Source: Phoronis australis (Eukaryota; Animalia; Phoronida). From it: 64,000 bases of DNA. The stretch covers positions 85,373-149,372 of the forward strand of contig NMRA01000386.1 of assembly GCA_002633005.1 (NCBI GenBank), in the 5' to 3' direction. The stretch's first letter is position 1. Every line of letters starts with the position of its first letter. The notes below the pieces were generated by a model. It did not search any database. It had not been told where the DNA came from and saw only the letters and a list, made by a program, of their open reading frames with translations. The position numbers and the translations under genes are program-made. Positions 37,400-51,117 of the stretch are shown piece after piece.

Positions 37400-39100
37400 A
37401 CTGTATCTTTTATGTACACACATGAATGAATTTTGTTAACATAGCCTCCAAAATTGGTCGTGCTGTTGATTTCACACAGTCATCAGGGACAAATGAATCC
37501 TTTGTGGGTAAGTGTGTTGTCCAATCCTAGTATTCAGGTTATTAAAAACAGAATGAAGAGTGGAAACTTCTCCTTTAGGCACACTACTCCTACTGAAGTG
37601 GAAAAAGTTATCGAATGTCTCGATACAAAGAAGTCCACTGGTAGTGATCACATTCCAGCTAAGTTGCTTACACCAGTTGGTAAATTTGTAAACCATCATT
37701 TAGCTACTATTTTGAATCAGAGCATTAGTAAATTCCCGGACATGGCAAAACTTGTGACGTAGTGCCAGTTTTTAAAAAAGATGGCAGATTGAAGATGGAA
37801 AATTACAGACCAAGACATGTGAGAGACATGTTACTACAGATAAAGTCGTTTTTACGTAATGTATTGGAGCTGCGTATTTCTGCCTAGGAGCAGATATACC
37901 TGCCAATCAGTTATACTACGTATGGTCGAGGATTGGAGGTTGTCTGGTGAACAAAATCAGTGTTCTGGAGCAGTGCTCGTGCATCTGAGCAAAGCGTTCG
38001 AATGTCTCCCACACCAACTCTTGATCGCAAAATTAAAATCTTATGGTGCGAGTGAACAGGCACTTGCCTTTTATGGTCTTATCTGTCAAAAACGAAGCAT
38101 CGTGTTAGGATTGGTGGACTGTCTAGTCGTGATTGGCTAGAAATAGTTAAAAGGGTGCCACAGGGGTCCATCATGGATCCAGTTATGTTCTATTTTTGTG
38201 AATGACATCATTGTCTTATTTACTGAGGCACAGTTGTATAATTATGCTGATGATAACATTGTCTGAGGAATTGCTCGCATAAGGGATGACGTTATTGCCA
38301 TAGCGACATATGAGTCTTCAATAGCAATTACCTGGTCCAAGCAAAAGATGATGGAGGCAAATCCATAAAAGCTCTATATTTATTCATGAATCTAGAATTG
38401 TTTCCAGGGCTGTTGCCGAGGTTGAAGGAGCCAAACGTACCAGCGAGGTGGATGGTAAATCAATTGGTGTCGTACTTGATGTGACTTTTGACAACAATAT
38501 TAAAGTTTTATGCCGAAAAGTAAGACCCCAGCTCAACTTTTTACAACGTCTGGCTAGTAGCTGAATGATGATTTTCGATGCTTCATTTTATCTCAGTTTC
38601 TCAACTGTGATTTAATTTGGCATTTTTTAAGCCTAGTCAATACACATAAGATTGAACGAGTTCAATGTAAGGCCCTGCGATTTGTATTTGATGGTTATTC
38701 TTGCTCATATTGAACACTATTACAGAGAGTTAATCTACCTACTCTAAAGCTTGGTAGACAGAGAATGACTGTTAAAGAAGCTTCCAAAATGTTTAACCAT
38801 TTGTGACCCCCATTTCTGTGTGACCTTCTTAGAATTCGCAGGACCCCATAAAACTTGAGATCATTCAGCAGGATTAACATTCCCCAGTGCAGAACCACTC
38901 GTTATGGTCTGCACTCTTTCAGAGCCTATGGCTCTAACTTGTGGAACTCTTTGTTGGAGGAGGTGAGATCGAGCCTACACTTAAATATATTTGTGCAATA
39001 TGCAAACACATGGACTGACCCTTCCTGCAAGTGCAGAGACTGCGATTTCTTGTTTTGAACATTAATCTCTTCTAAGGTGCTAATAGTACATGTATGATCT
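37400..39100 (+). mobile_element. Degraded CR1/L2-group (Crack/Daphne-like) LINE, 3' half of ORF2
   Basis: KKSTGSDHIPAKLL...ENYRP...LSKAFECLPHQLLIAKLKSYG...VPQGSI...YADD...RTTRYGLHSFRAYGSNLWNSL...CKCRDC, followed by an AT-rich tail. Confidence 0.88.
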
Positions 39101-39732
39101 AGTTAATCTTGTATATAGTATTTTAATGTTTGTTTTAATTTCATATTTATGTATTTTATAACTTATGTATTTACTGTATTTGTCGGTATACTAGGCTATG
39201 GCTAATGTTTTACCTTTTACCGACTTAAAGTAATTTGACTTCACTTGACATGACTTTTACCTTAGAAAACCTGTAACCTAACGCGTAAGTACAAACATAT
39301 AGGATGTGATCTGCCACGTGAACAGTTTGGGTGAAGAAATGGAAAAACTTAGAAAATCGAAGTGTACGGAATAAATACAAAACGTATTGTGCGTATGGAC
39401 CGAGACTGAACCACCCGCGGTACGTTTTGTGTATCGATATCGTTGTTGCAGTATGACGTACCTTTGTGATAAAATTTACTAAAATATGGCCTCGAGACCC
39501 AGGCAACGGCAGATTGTCAAACTTAGAATTCTAAAGACTTTCTGCTTTTATGAAGTATATATTTTTTGTTAGATATTATCGTTTTCTAGATATTCCGCTG
39601 AATGCATAGACTTGTGGATAAGGGCCTTACAAAATCTTAAACAGAACCGTCCACAATTCGTGAGACTTGTGCAAGATACAGTAACCTGTAACTTTTGTTT
39701 TTACAAGAAATTTGATCTCACTGTTGCCTTAC

Positions 39733-39867
39733 CTTTTCCAAGTGTCCTGGAGTGTTGCTATCGATGTTACCATCACGCGTGTCATGCGGTAGGCCGATAG
39801 AGAAAGTGCACAGCACCGCTGTTATTAAAACAAACTGAAACCACCCGACTTGCGTAATTTCGAGCAT
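39733..39867 (-). CDS. Astacin-family (BP10/SpAN-like) metalloprotease, coding exon 1: signal peptide and start of propeptide
   Basis: ATG at 39867 gives MLEITQVGWFQFVLITAVLCTFSIG-LPHDTRDGNIDSNTPGHLEK, a hydrophobic core followed by small residues. It ends at a phase-0 donor AAG|gtaagg; 135 nt; joins exon 2 in frame. Confidence 0.8.
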
Positions 39868-41578
39868 CTTTTTCAGATATGGTGGGCTAGACGATTTGGT
39901 ATGGTTCAAATATACCGATGACGTACGTGTCGTCAATGCACTTAGGAGAATTAGATAGTCGAGTAATACTGATACATGTATTTGTAATAGGATAAGATCT
40001 AATTAATACGACACATGTTTTTGTAATAGGATAAGGTCTAATGATGATTGATCAATTAATTACAAAATCTAATATGAAATTAGTCTTATTGCCATTCAAA
40101 ACGCTCTCCCTCCCTTCACCCTCTCTACTCTGCCTGTTTCTCGCTTAAGACGTGCTTATGCAGATTATGAGGCCTGCGTGTAATCAATTAGCCCTGTACT
40201 GAAAATAATGCTTTGCCGCCCTCGATACATCAACTCAAAGTGAAGTCAATGTCTTCATCTTTATCCTCAATTTCAACGTCACAATTATCTCCTCTTCTTT
40301 GTCCTTATAAGCAGATCACTTTTAAATGAGAACTACAAAATGCACTAAGAGCTGTGGCACGTGTTGCCCACGTATAGTGTGACAGTAAGTCTCGGTGATA
40401 TTGTGTCACTCTCTACATACTGTCGTCCTGGTGACAATATGTGTCGATGCTGAAGGCGCACACTGTCGCCATCCATATATATTTTCGCCCGAACCAGTGT
40501 GGCAATTCATATCACTGCATCCTTCGGTGAAATTTGATTTTTTCTATGTCCATTTAACTTTTAGAGAACCCCCTCACACGTCTTCAAGGTTTTAAAAATC
40601 AATTTCACTCTCCTTCATATCCAGAGTCCCACCAATATTTTTATAGGCCTACACCATCGTAGAAAGCAACTGACCATGATGCTAAGTGACGCGTTTTTCT
40701 CATTTATGTGTTTTAGCAAATAATTTTAAAAGTTCTATTAAATATCACCCTGTATATTTTCCTTGCAGTTATGAAATTGCGAGGTCGCTGAAATGTTTAC
40801 AACTGAAATTTATTCATGTTCAATCAAGGTCAATTTACAGAAAACAGGTCCCGTAATTGGATGGGTTTTTCTTTCTTAATATTGTTCACTTCTTGTGGTG
40901 TAACTGGTTGAATGTTTCTGACATATGTATTTTACTTCAATCTAAAACATAATTCTGTCAAATACGTCACGAATCTCTTCAAAATTGACTTTAAAGATGT
41001 TATGTCTCATCAAATTGTGAATAGGCAAATGAAGTACTAGTATACAAAGAACCCCGGTCTTCCGGTGTGCCAGAAACCATCTGACACCCAGTTACCATTA
41101 CAATCTAGCGAAAGTGTCGTTTTGCGACACTATCTTTATTTAAATGAGTACAGTAATATTTTATTGTTTCCCTAATAGAACAAAGTGCATTTTTTGTTAT
41201 GTGCTTATTTTGTTATAAAATAACGATTGCGTAATATTTAAAGTTACTAGGGTTTCCTATATGTTCACACTTGTTTTTAAGTGTATCAGTTGTGGCGTTT
41301 TCATTAAAACCACATTTTATTTACAAATCGTTTGTTTTCCTTATAATACTTGTACACAAACTTCTCCAGGAAGACACAAGGTGGCGCTTGCTACAATTTT
41401 AACCATTCACGGTTTTAATGAGACATGGCATCTTTGAATTAGTTTATCAACTTGCACCCTCAAGTAAGTGAGAATATTCCTTTTATGTGGCATTCCCTCA
41501 AGTTTGGACTCAGGCTATGATAACTTCTCTTAACTTATATTTCTTGAAAGCAGGATTGCACAGCTACTTAAGCTTTAA

Positions 41579-44500
41579 CAGTGACTCCATATAAAAACCA
41601 ACAGGTAGAGTCTATACCCAAAATCACAGACTTTTTTGAAACTTAGCACATGAGTTTGGTTTGTTAAGATGTACAAAAACCTCACTTTTTAAGAATTTTC
41701 ATTAATTCTGAATAATTTAATGGCATAACTTTCAAAATCCATTTTTGAATGTGTACTTTTTGAATTTGTGAGGCAAAAACGGCTATTTTTCAGGTTTTCA
41801 CTGAAGCCATTTTCGGCCAAATTTGGCACTCTGTAGCAGCCATAATGCACCTTTCCTGAAATTGACTTTATAATAATTTGTTTAGTCATTTCTAACCTTT
41901 TCATAATCTAAAATAAAAAAAACTTGCCTTTATAGAAGTTTTTGCGTACGAAGCATTACACTAACTGCACTTCGTCCTTTTGCTTGTTCTCAGTTGCCTC
42001 TGCTACCAATAGGGGGCTATTGGAACATATAATTAGCTTGCGAAACACGACATAAAAACCTTGTATTTTGGAGAAAAGGCAGACAGCATTATTAAATACC
42101 ATTCTCTGAAAACGTCATTGTTGATTATTGCTTATTATAAAAAATATGTGCGTTAATCAACTGGTATGCGTGCTTCTAAACGATAGATGGCGCTGCTTTT
42201 ATTTAAGTGGAGACTGAAGACGCATCTAGAATAAGAACAGTAACACGATGACTTTGCTATAATTCAAGACTTCACGAGATATTGCCCTGCATTTGCAATG
42301 AGAATATGTGGTTTTGGATAAATTTTAGAGAGGTTCTAGTGTTACTGAACTCACCCCTGCCTTACTCTTGTTTTCTATCTGCCTTTTTCGTGCCACAGGC
42401 AAAGGAAGGCACCCAAGGTGGATATGGCCCACTTGTGTTCAGTGAAAAAAATCCTTCAACTTGTGAATAGTCATTATAACTTTGGGTTCATATGGTAATG
42501 TCCCTGCTGTTTGCTACAAATTTTAGTCGCCACCAGTCGCCAGAAATCTGGTGTTCCCCCCCACACACTGGGCACCCTAATGCTGAATATTTCTGCCAGT
42601 GTGATCATCAGTGGTATAAAAAGGTACACATTCACAGTCAATAGAAAATAATTCACGAGAGACAATTTTATTAATGACTCATTCATGACAGACATGAAAT
42701 AGACAGAAGTAACGGTCTCGACTGGTTGTTATGCTTCAAAACTAGGATAAACGTTGAGCTCATTTACCACTTCATTCGGTAAATGTGACGACATAAAAGC
42801 ATCTTCAGCAGAAATAGAATTGTCATAAACATTGCTGCAGGCAACCTCAAAAAATCCACCAATCTGCGATTCACTTAACATCACAGGTAAACACTTTCCC
42901 AGTGGGTTCCCGTAATGTTTTCTCCAATTTGGCCCTTATGAGGGTGAAGTTACGTTTTTACCTGAATTATCTCTTTCATCGAATATTTTTGTCAGAAAGT
43001 TCTTAACCTTTACTGAAAATCTTGTTGACCTTTTACCTTTTTTTCAATGCGTAACCTATTGCTTCAGCATTCGTCTTTTCCAAATAGTACTCTGAGGCTG
43101 CCTCAAATGACGCTCCGGTTCTTGTATCTGAAACCATTTCTGACCACTGTCGTGCGATGTGGTCATGCGTGGTTTCCCTCTGTAAATGTTCAGTGTGGTT
43201 ACCCACATCCAAATTCTGACCTAGTTCTGCGTCTCTAGCAAAAAAGTTCGAGTAACCTTGCTGGGTACAAGGGAACTTTTGTTGAGACTCTTCACTAGAT
43301 GCAGTGACAACCTTAACTCTTGGTTTTGAAAATATGCCATGTCTAGAGATGTTACTGTATTTTAGAGAAATAGGTTTCTCATTTTCTCAGTATTTATAAG
43401 AACTTACCGTCACCTATAATGGAATGATTTCCACACGCGAATTCCTTGGGTGGAATAGTGGGAATTTGGGAATGTTCTTATACCAGGAACTGAGTATTTT
43501 GGAGAAGACTTTGTTGCATTGACTGAACATGCATACACATAACATCCCTTCACACGGCCACTGGAAAGTAATGCTTCTTTCAAATCCAGAAAGTTTATGA
43601 TATTGTTACCTCCGGCTACAAAGTACTTCGCATGTTGTTTGAGTGGAGCGATCTTGCGATCACAGAGATCCTTTCCATTCTGACTTTCACTAAAGTCATA
43701 TCTCGAAACAGAAATGCCAGTAGAATTTGACAAGGCTGCTACGTTCAGGAGGAGAGGAGCAGAGTGGTAACATCCAGCATTACCTGACTCTTCCATGACT
43801 GGTCCTGTTCAGTCAGAAATACACCGACTAGGGGTAGTACGAGTCCGTACTCTGGCACAGGCCTTGCTTTGCGAGGTACTTTCCTGTATCTCAAATGTCC
43901 AGTGGTGTCTTTGACATAACTCACTAAAGCACAAAGCTTTTGTGATCGGATTTTTTGCAGAATAAACTCTAAAGGAACATGAATTCCCATCGACATCGTC
44001 CGCCATTTTGTCTTTTTAAAATGCACTTTCTTCTCTCAAAACCAGTCATTACAAATATCAATTCTTACTCGTTTAATCTTAGAGGCATAAGCTCTACAGA
44101 GTGTTTAAATTAACCTGATAATGTAAAAGAAATGAAAGATAACTGACATGAGGGTTGCACGTACATTTTTTATATATCCTCAACCTTAACCTCAACTGAC
44201 TCCCTCAGTGGGCAAAAGTCATCGGGTTCAGTTTTGATACTAACCGCGTAATAAACCCGGGAAACATCTGGTTTTCATTTGAAAGAGTTTAGACTTGGTT
44301 TCTATAACAATTTAAAGTAGACTTCTTGCCTAAAATTTTGTTAAAATGGTCTGTAAACTCACGTCATTTCCAAACTATGAAAATAGACAGTGTTGCAAGA
44401 TAATTTTCACTAAAGTGCAAAGTTGAGGCAAGATTTTTTATTGCTCAGTCATCAAGACTAACTCTTTAACTGTACGTTCAAAACGTCACATAAGGCTACA

Positions 44501-44917
44501 AGCTGTTTTATGGCAGTAAGAAGGTCACAAATATGGCCACTAAAATTATCCCCAAAAAGTGGTCTGTGGATTATCTCCCCTGTCTAGCACAAAACTGTCA
44601 GATTTTAATAAATGACACAGAATTATGCACAGTATACGTTGGTTATTTTAGCCACCAAAATATATCATTTGATCTATTCTGTATGTTACTCATTTTTGTT
44701 GCTGAAAACATACGATTTTTGAGACGGCTAATATGCTCAATTGTGCCAATTCGTGTTATCATGCTGCAGAGGCGAAATTAGGGGTCATTGAGTGCACAAA
44801 ATTTGGCATTTGGGTTTTTGTTAGGATACCTACCCATGTACAAAAAATGAAGTTGTTTTAAATTTTGACGTATAGACTGATTTTTGAAAATCTACTGGTT
44901 TTTATATGGACTGCCTC
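41579..44917 (-). mobile_element. Sola3-like DNA transposon derivative
   Basis: TTAA on both flanks (41575-41578 and 44918-44921). Ends share inverted TCCATATAAAAACCA and AGTCTATAC; one terminus reads GAG. ORF 43410-43796 reads SGNAGCYHS...RYDFSESQNGKDLCDRKIA, DDD-transposase motifs. The Sola3 assignment is from memory of those motifs. Confidence 0.65.
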
Positions 44918-46290
44918 TTAATTTGTATATTATAACGTTAATTTAAATATCCTGTTGATCGGTTACAAAAATTACAACTAATCGATATGCTAAAGCTGAG
45001 AAAGTTGTCCCTAATACTTGGTAGTACATTAAAAGCTGATTTTTTTCAGGATTTGAGATAATTTGATAGTTAAAATATCTTGGGCCGTCCCATAATGAGA
45101 TACTGACAGCGAATAATTTAATTTTATGTATTGACCCTCGAGGTAGAGAATTAGGGGCGTCTTTATAGAAAACTTGATGAATGCACATATTTTACAAGTC
45201 TGTTATTGCGCGTATATCTGCAATCTTTAAATGATCCGTATTAAAAACTAGATTTGATCACATTTTTTATTTTTTAAGTTTATTAACTCCACTCGTGCAG
45301 TATGTCATAATTTTAAAGAGGCAAGACAAGATTATTACACAACATTTTTGTAATTTCAAGAGATAGGAACTTTTTTAGTTTCTCAGACATCACAAAATCT
45401 GGTTATTTGTCCTCAACTAATCTTCCGATCACAATGACTAATCAGATAACAATCAATTAAATAAAACAATTGACTTTAGATGAAAATAATCATTAAAATT
45501 TGCCGAGTTTTATCTGAACATACGTATACTAAGAATCGTTAAAGAAAGCTGTTAAAAATGGAATATTGTGACCATAGCATTTCATTTTATAGAGCAAATC
45601 CCTTTAATGTGTCTAAAACTTCAGGAAGACTCATTAAGACTATTAGAGATAAATTGCTCATTTCCGAATCTTTGACAAATCAACCAATTTAGGCCAAATT
45701 TGCTTAGAGAGCTCCACGGAAACCAAACTTGGCTTGAAAATGACAGAAAAGCTGATTGTAAATAACATTTTTCAGAATACAGAGAAGAGAAGAAAAGAAA
45801 TAAATTTTAAATTACATAAAAGCAGCTAGTCCTTTTTTTAAACACAAGAGATCACTTAATCTGTTCTCATGTTCTGTAGGGAGGATTAATTTAACTGATG
45901 AAACACAACAAACAGCCAATTAGTCAATTGATAAACAAGTAAAGTGTTTTGTTTTGTATTTTTTGTTATTTTCAATTATATGCCACCATGGCCACAAGCA
46001 CGTTTTGGTTTTTAATGTTGACAGGAAAAATCGGCTTTATATAAAACTACTGGTTAATATGATTTAAAGTATAATCCTTCTCACATTAAATCACAGCCAT
46101 TGTTAGAGTTTAATTTGGTAGGATAATTTGTAATAATAATTTGCAATTATATCCCTTTCAAAGTGTCCTTTAAAGAACCAACGTGACCCAAAGCTGCTTG
46201 TAGTAATAAAGCTTCTTATCATTTTTAAAAGTACCAAATGTTTTTAAATTTGGTGTCAATGCAACAGCATTAATAGCATTTTGAGGAGCC

Positions 46291-46920
46291 AATATGGCCG
46301 CCAGATTTTCTGATGCGCACTATAACTCAAGAGTGGAATGTGATAAAGTAAAAATTCAAAAAGGTTTACCTGTGTTTTGTGGGTCAAAAATCCATTGGAA
46401 ATGGTTTTACATGACTGTGGTGACACTGTCTGCCATTTTCCAAGATGGCAGCCAAATCTACTTGAGTCGCACAACTTCACACGAACAGATTAGTGTGCCG
46501 TCTTGCTTCAAATATCGCATTATAGGTTTTCTGGGTCGACTAATCCATTGAGACTCATTGCATTTGGCACTAATGATTACTTCCACCTTTTCCAAGATTG
46601 CGGACAAAATGGCCGCCAGATTTGCAGATGATCATTATAACTCGGAGAGTGGAATGTGATAGAGTAAAAATTCAAAAATGTTTACCTATCTTTTTTGGGT
46701 CAACAAATCCATTGGAAAAGTTTTGCATGGCCGTGGTGACACCATCAGCCATTTTCCAAGATGGCCTTCAAAACTATTTCGAATCGCAAAACTTCGCACA
46801 CACAGATTAGTGTGTCGTCTTGCTTCAAGTATCATAGGTTTTCTAGGTCGACTAATCCATTTAGACTCATTGCGTTTAGCTATAATGATTACTTCCACCA
46901 TTTTGTAAGATGGACACCAA
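46291..46920 (+). repeat. Tandem duplication of a ~315-bp unit, probably transposon subterminal sequence
   Basis: Units start aatatggccgccagattt at 46291 and aaaatggccgccagattt at 46606; both contain gagtggaatgtgata.agtaaaaattcaaaaa and gtcgactaatccatt.agactcattgc. Confidence 0.8.
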
Positions 46921-47049
46921 ATAGTTGCTTCGTGTAAGAAATTCAGATTCCAGAGACACGCCATATCTTGAGCTTTTTAAGTCAGCACATCCATTACAAT
47001 ATTTTTGTCTGACTGTTGATGATTACGACTACCATTTTTAAAATGGTTT

Positions 47050-50000
47050 AACGAACCTGCTTGGGTCAAAAACATCAGGTTTACCTGAACTGAAGGACCG
47101 TTTTCCTCCTGAAAAAATGTGCTGTATTGAAAATAAATCTTTGCAATTAATTCAGTGATCTACTATCCTCACTGTCTGTGTCACTTCCAGTTAGTTGTAA
47201 ATGCTAGTGAATCTATACACAATCAACCAGTGTTTACACAATTAATCTCTGTCAGCTCAGAATGAATTGCTGCAGCTAAAACCACGGCATTCTCCACATG
47301 CAACCGTGTACACCTATCCTAACTTCTTGCAAGTACATCTCTTGGAACTTCAGTTGGTTTTACATGAGCATCTCACTACTTTCAGCAGGTTCTCTGGTGC
47401 TGCTGAATGGTCCGTCGTCGTGGGAATGAATTTTCCACCTGCCAGCACCCATCCCCACTACAGCAAGTCTAGGCCACTGCCACGGAGACTTGACCGCTCT
47501 TGCTCTTGATAATATGTCCCGGCAGCCTGGAATTTAGCTACAGAAGAAAGATGGTGATAATGACTGTATTTGGGCTGTGGTTAGTCCGACACCTCATCCA
47601 CAAATTGCCTGTATCGCAGATCATCCAAATTTCCAGACCCAGTACCGCCATGAATCACACATACAACTCTTACCAGCTTCAAATATGTCTTGCTTCAGCT
47701 GCATGTGGCTAGTGAATACTCTTAGAGTTTTTGCAGAATTCTCGATCACGCAGTTTCTTGAATGGGAGAGCCTTTGCTAATACCGAACAGCTATAATGTT
47801 GTGTTGCAACCACCTATTGCATGCACAAATGGCAAAACTGCGCAAGGTTCGGCACCAATAGACAACTGTAGTTCCTTTATATCCCAGACTCTCCTCTTGC
47901 TTTGGTGTCTCTTGTCAAATTTCATGAACAAAAAATTTGTTGTGAAGTAGCATGGTAACGCAAAGAACCAAAAAGTCTGTATCGTCTGCAATAAGGGTAG
48001 TTGAACCTTGTACTACATTCTCTACTGCTGTTTCTTCAATTAAACAAAGGCGTCACCTTGAGCTTGTACCACTGTGCAACCAGCATTTCCTAGCAAACTT
48101 GACAAGAAGTGAGTGAATCGTTTTTTTTTGCTTTTTGCCAAAATGTTCCTTTTTTACTTGATCACCATGTCACCATTGAAGTGAATTTCAGTTCCAACCA
48201 CCCCACCCAGTCTTTGAACATGAAAAACCTCTTTAGTTGATGGTCCATCTCAGTAACCATCAAAAACAACAATAGGCTGGGTGCACTTGCTGATGTAATC
48301 CACATATTAAGCTCTACCAAATGACTTATACGTTGCACCTCTAGGCCATGGAATATGATGAAGGAGAGAACTGCCGTCGATTACATGCATCACCGTGTTT
48401 TCTGGAAATTGAAATCCTCAGGTAGTCCTCCACTGGACCAGAGTGCATCAGCTCATATTGATTTATTAGCGACTCTGGGAAGACCAAATGTATCAAAAAG
48501 AACAGGGGAACCAACACACAGCTCAAATTTCAAAAGGCTTGATGACCTTTCACTGTTGTCTTTTGCAGCTGCCAGCATTCGCTGAAATAGCAGTCGTGGA
48601 TCCATGTGTTAAATTACTATTAGCAGCATGAATTCAACAATGCTGCGGATGTCTTTGTCGTCACGCGATGGTCTTCCCTGGGTACATTCTTTATGCTGCT
48701 GACTTGTTTCACAACTTAAGTTTGTCACAGTCCGCATGGCGCCATTTATACTTGAGCATGCCGGCAAGGAAAGCAGCCACAGTGCATTCTGAGTATCTCC
48801 CATTTTACAACCTCAAGTTAAATCTCCTGTTGTTTTAATGCTTTTCATGAGCATTTGTTCAATTACAAGGTCTTATCTAATTATGACAAGCCTGCCAGAA
48901 TCTGTCACTTTGTCTTATGGTTTGTTGGCCGTAGACGTCTGGACGGGTGTCTTTGAGTTGCTACGTCTGCTTCAGTCAAGTATATGTATGAAAATTTTGC
49001 ATAAGAGTTGTGACCAGCAGCTGCAAAGTAAGGCAGCATTTCAAAAACTACTTTTAAGTGAATCTCCCAATATGACGTTATTTCTGCTTTTAAAAAATTC
49101 GAAGGATGTCAATCATCTTCATATACTGTAGTCAAAGACTAATGATTGGACTTTGCATGGACAAGTCTCATTTATGTGCTTTGATTTTTTATGGATACCC
49201 ACAAGACACTCCGACGAGCATACATCGTCGTACGCAGACGTCATGCCAGCAATAAGATCATCATACCGCTTCAGACCAGCTCTCACATCATCATGAAAAA
49301 TATCATTGGCCATTGATTCTTCTGACGAACTATTCTCTGTCACTGTGAATTCTGAAGACCTATACTCTGATTCAGTCGTTTTTGAATATACCAATGGCAA
49401 TAGGTCGGAAACCAGAAGTGATCTCTCGTGAGGGCATTCCACTGTAATCCAAGGTTCAGAACCGGAAGACACTGGCTGGGCATGGCATGCCCCATAGTAT
49501 ACATCTAGTTGTGTGATCAGTTTGGGATGTCTGAGATGTCTGAAGAATCTGTCTCCATATTCTGACGAGCCAAAATTTGTGTACAAGCATTGAACTGCTC
49601 CACCTCTTGGCATGGAATCTGTGTGTTCTGTGTTCGTGACACTCTGGACTCCTGGGATTTCTGAAGAACCTGAATTTCTTTCTTCATTGGTTTTGGATTG
49701 GCGTTACTTGATCTGTCAATATTTGGAAGAGGGATGTTGAATGTTCTGGCTTTTATTATAGCATTCATTGCTGAGTCTACCAACATATGTCCCCTCACTG
49801 CTCTATCCACACTTTTCCATTTAACATAAGGATTACACTGTTTGATGCATACACCGTCTCAAGAACTCCTTGAAGCCCTGTGCTTGACATTACGTATCCA
49901 ATACATTCCAGAAAGCTCATCTCAGTATGAAATCTTCCAAGCCTGGCTAAGAACAAGTGACTGCTGATCACTATCGTTTTGTTTGCAGGCACTAATTTCC

Positions 50001-51089
50001 TCTAAATAAGTTGCCTATGTTCATAAAAATCATGTATATTAAACAAATGTGAGTCCTAACTATCAAAATTTAATTAATAACTTTTTGTTACACAATCCTA
50101 TTTGCTTTTCATCAAATTCAGGTGAAATCAGCAGCCAATTCTCAATACATGCCAGCAGCAGACGAAATCGATGCTTGGGAACAACTAATAATATCTCCAA
50201 TAGCAGAGAAAAAAGTCACTTCCTGCCCAATTTTACTTAGGGTTTGTATGATGAATAAGCCAATAACTTCACCAGAATAACATATTTTTCTAACAAATAT
50301 TATTTTTGATACCTCAAATGAATATATTTTACAGAAAAATAATTGAGTGTGTGAAATTTATAATGAAAATTTAACTAAAGCCTTTTCTGAAAAACACACC
50401 AACTTTTATGTTATACAATCTAAAATGTGATTAAAATTCCACATTTAGTTTATAAATCTTAAAAAAATATAGAAACAATCAACTCATTAACCCTGACTGT
50501 AGATTGTAAAATATTTTTGTGTAAATGCTTATCTGGTTACAAACAGAGTTTGCAGAACGTAAATGCGGTAAATTGGGGTTTGTGAATTGGCAGCCATTTT
50601 AGCGGCCATTTTGTCAGCCATCTTGATTTTTTCTCGCAAACCAGTGGCCAATTGTAAGGTCCAGATATTTTAAATTGTCTAACTTACAAAAGAATAAAAC
50701 TTTTGCCATTTTCAGGGCAAAATATAAAAAGAAATCTTGCAACATGTACCAAACTGCCATTTCGGCCGCCATTTTGTCGGCCATATCGGTTTTATTTTAC
50801 GGAAACTTGGCATCTTTTGATTGGTATGCCTGTTATGAAAAGTATATAATCAATGACAAATTTTATTGTTTTATTTTTAGCTGTTTCATAAGAGTAATAT
50901 GCCAGAAAACAGTAATCCCCGGTTTTGTCGGCCATTTTTTCCGCCATCTTGAAAAACCGACTTCCGCCACTCCGATTTCGGTAAATTTTTCTGACACTAA
51001 GGGATGTTTGAAGATGCCATTTATGCAAAAATTTTGTGTTGCAATTTTTTCTAGGTTGAGCCCTCTGGAGCCCTAGAATGACTGGACTA
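47050..51089 (-). mobile_element. AcademX-type DNA transposon, internally deleted and pseudogenised (copy A)
   Basis: Terminus TAGTCCAGTCATTCTAGGGCTCCAG at 51089 on the - strand. Remnants LARLGRFHTEMSF..IG..M...GL...LETVYA, RAVRGHMLV, a VFDGY / GCNTT nuclease-like (XPG) region and a C-terminal Cys cluster (RCSCKTN.SSKRCTCKK...ACGECRG..CSN). The far end was not found. Confidence 0.8.
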
Positions 51090-51117
51090 ATAGACGAAAC
51101 GTTGAATGAACATGAAC

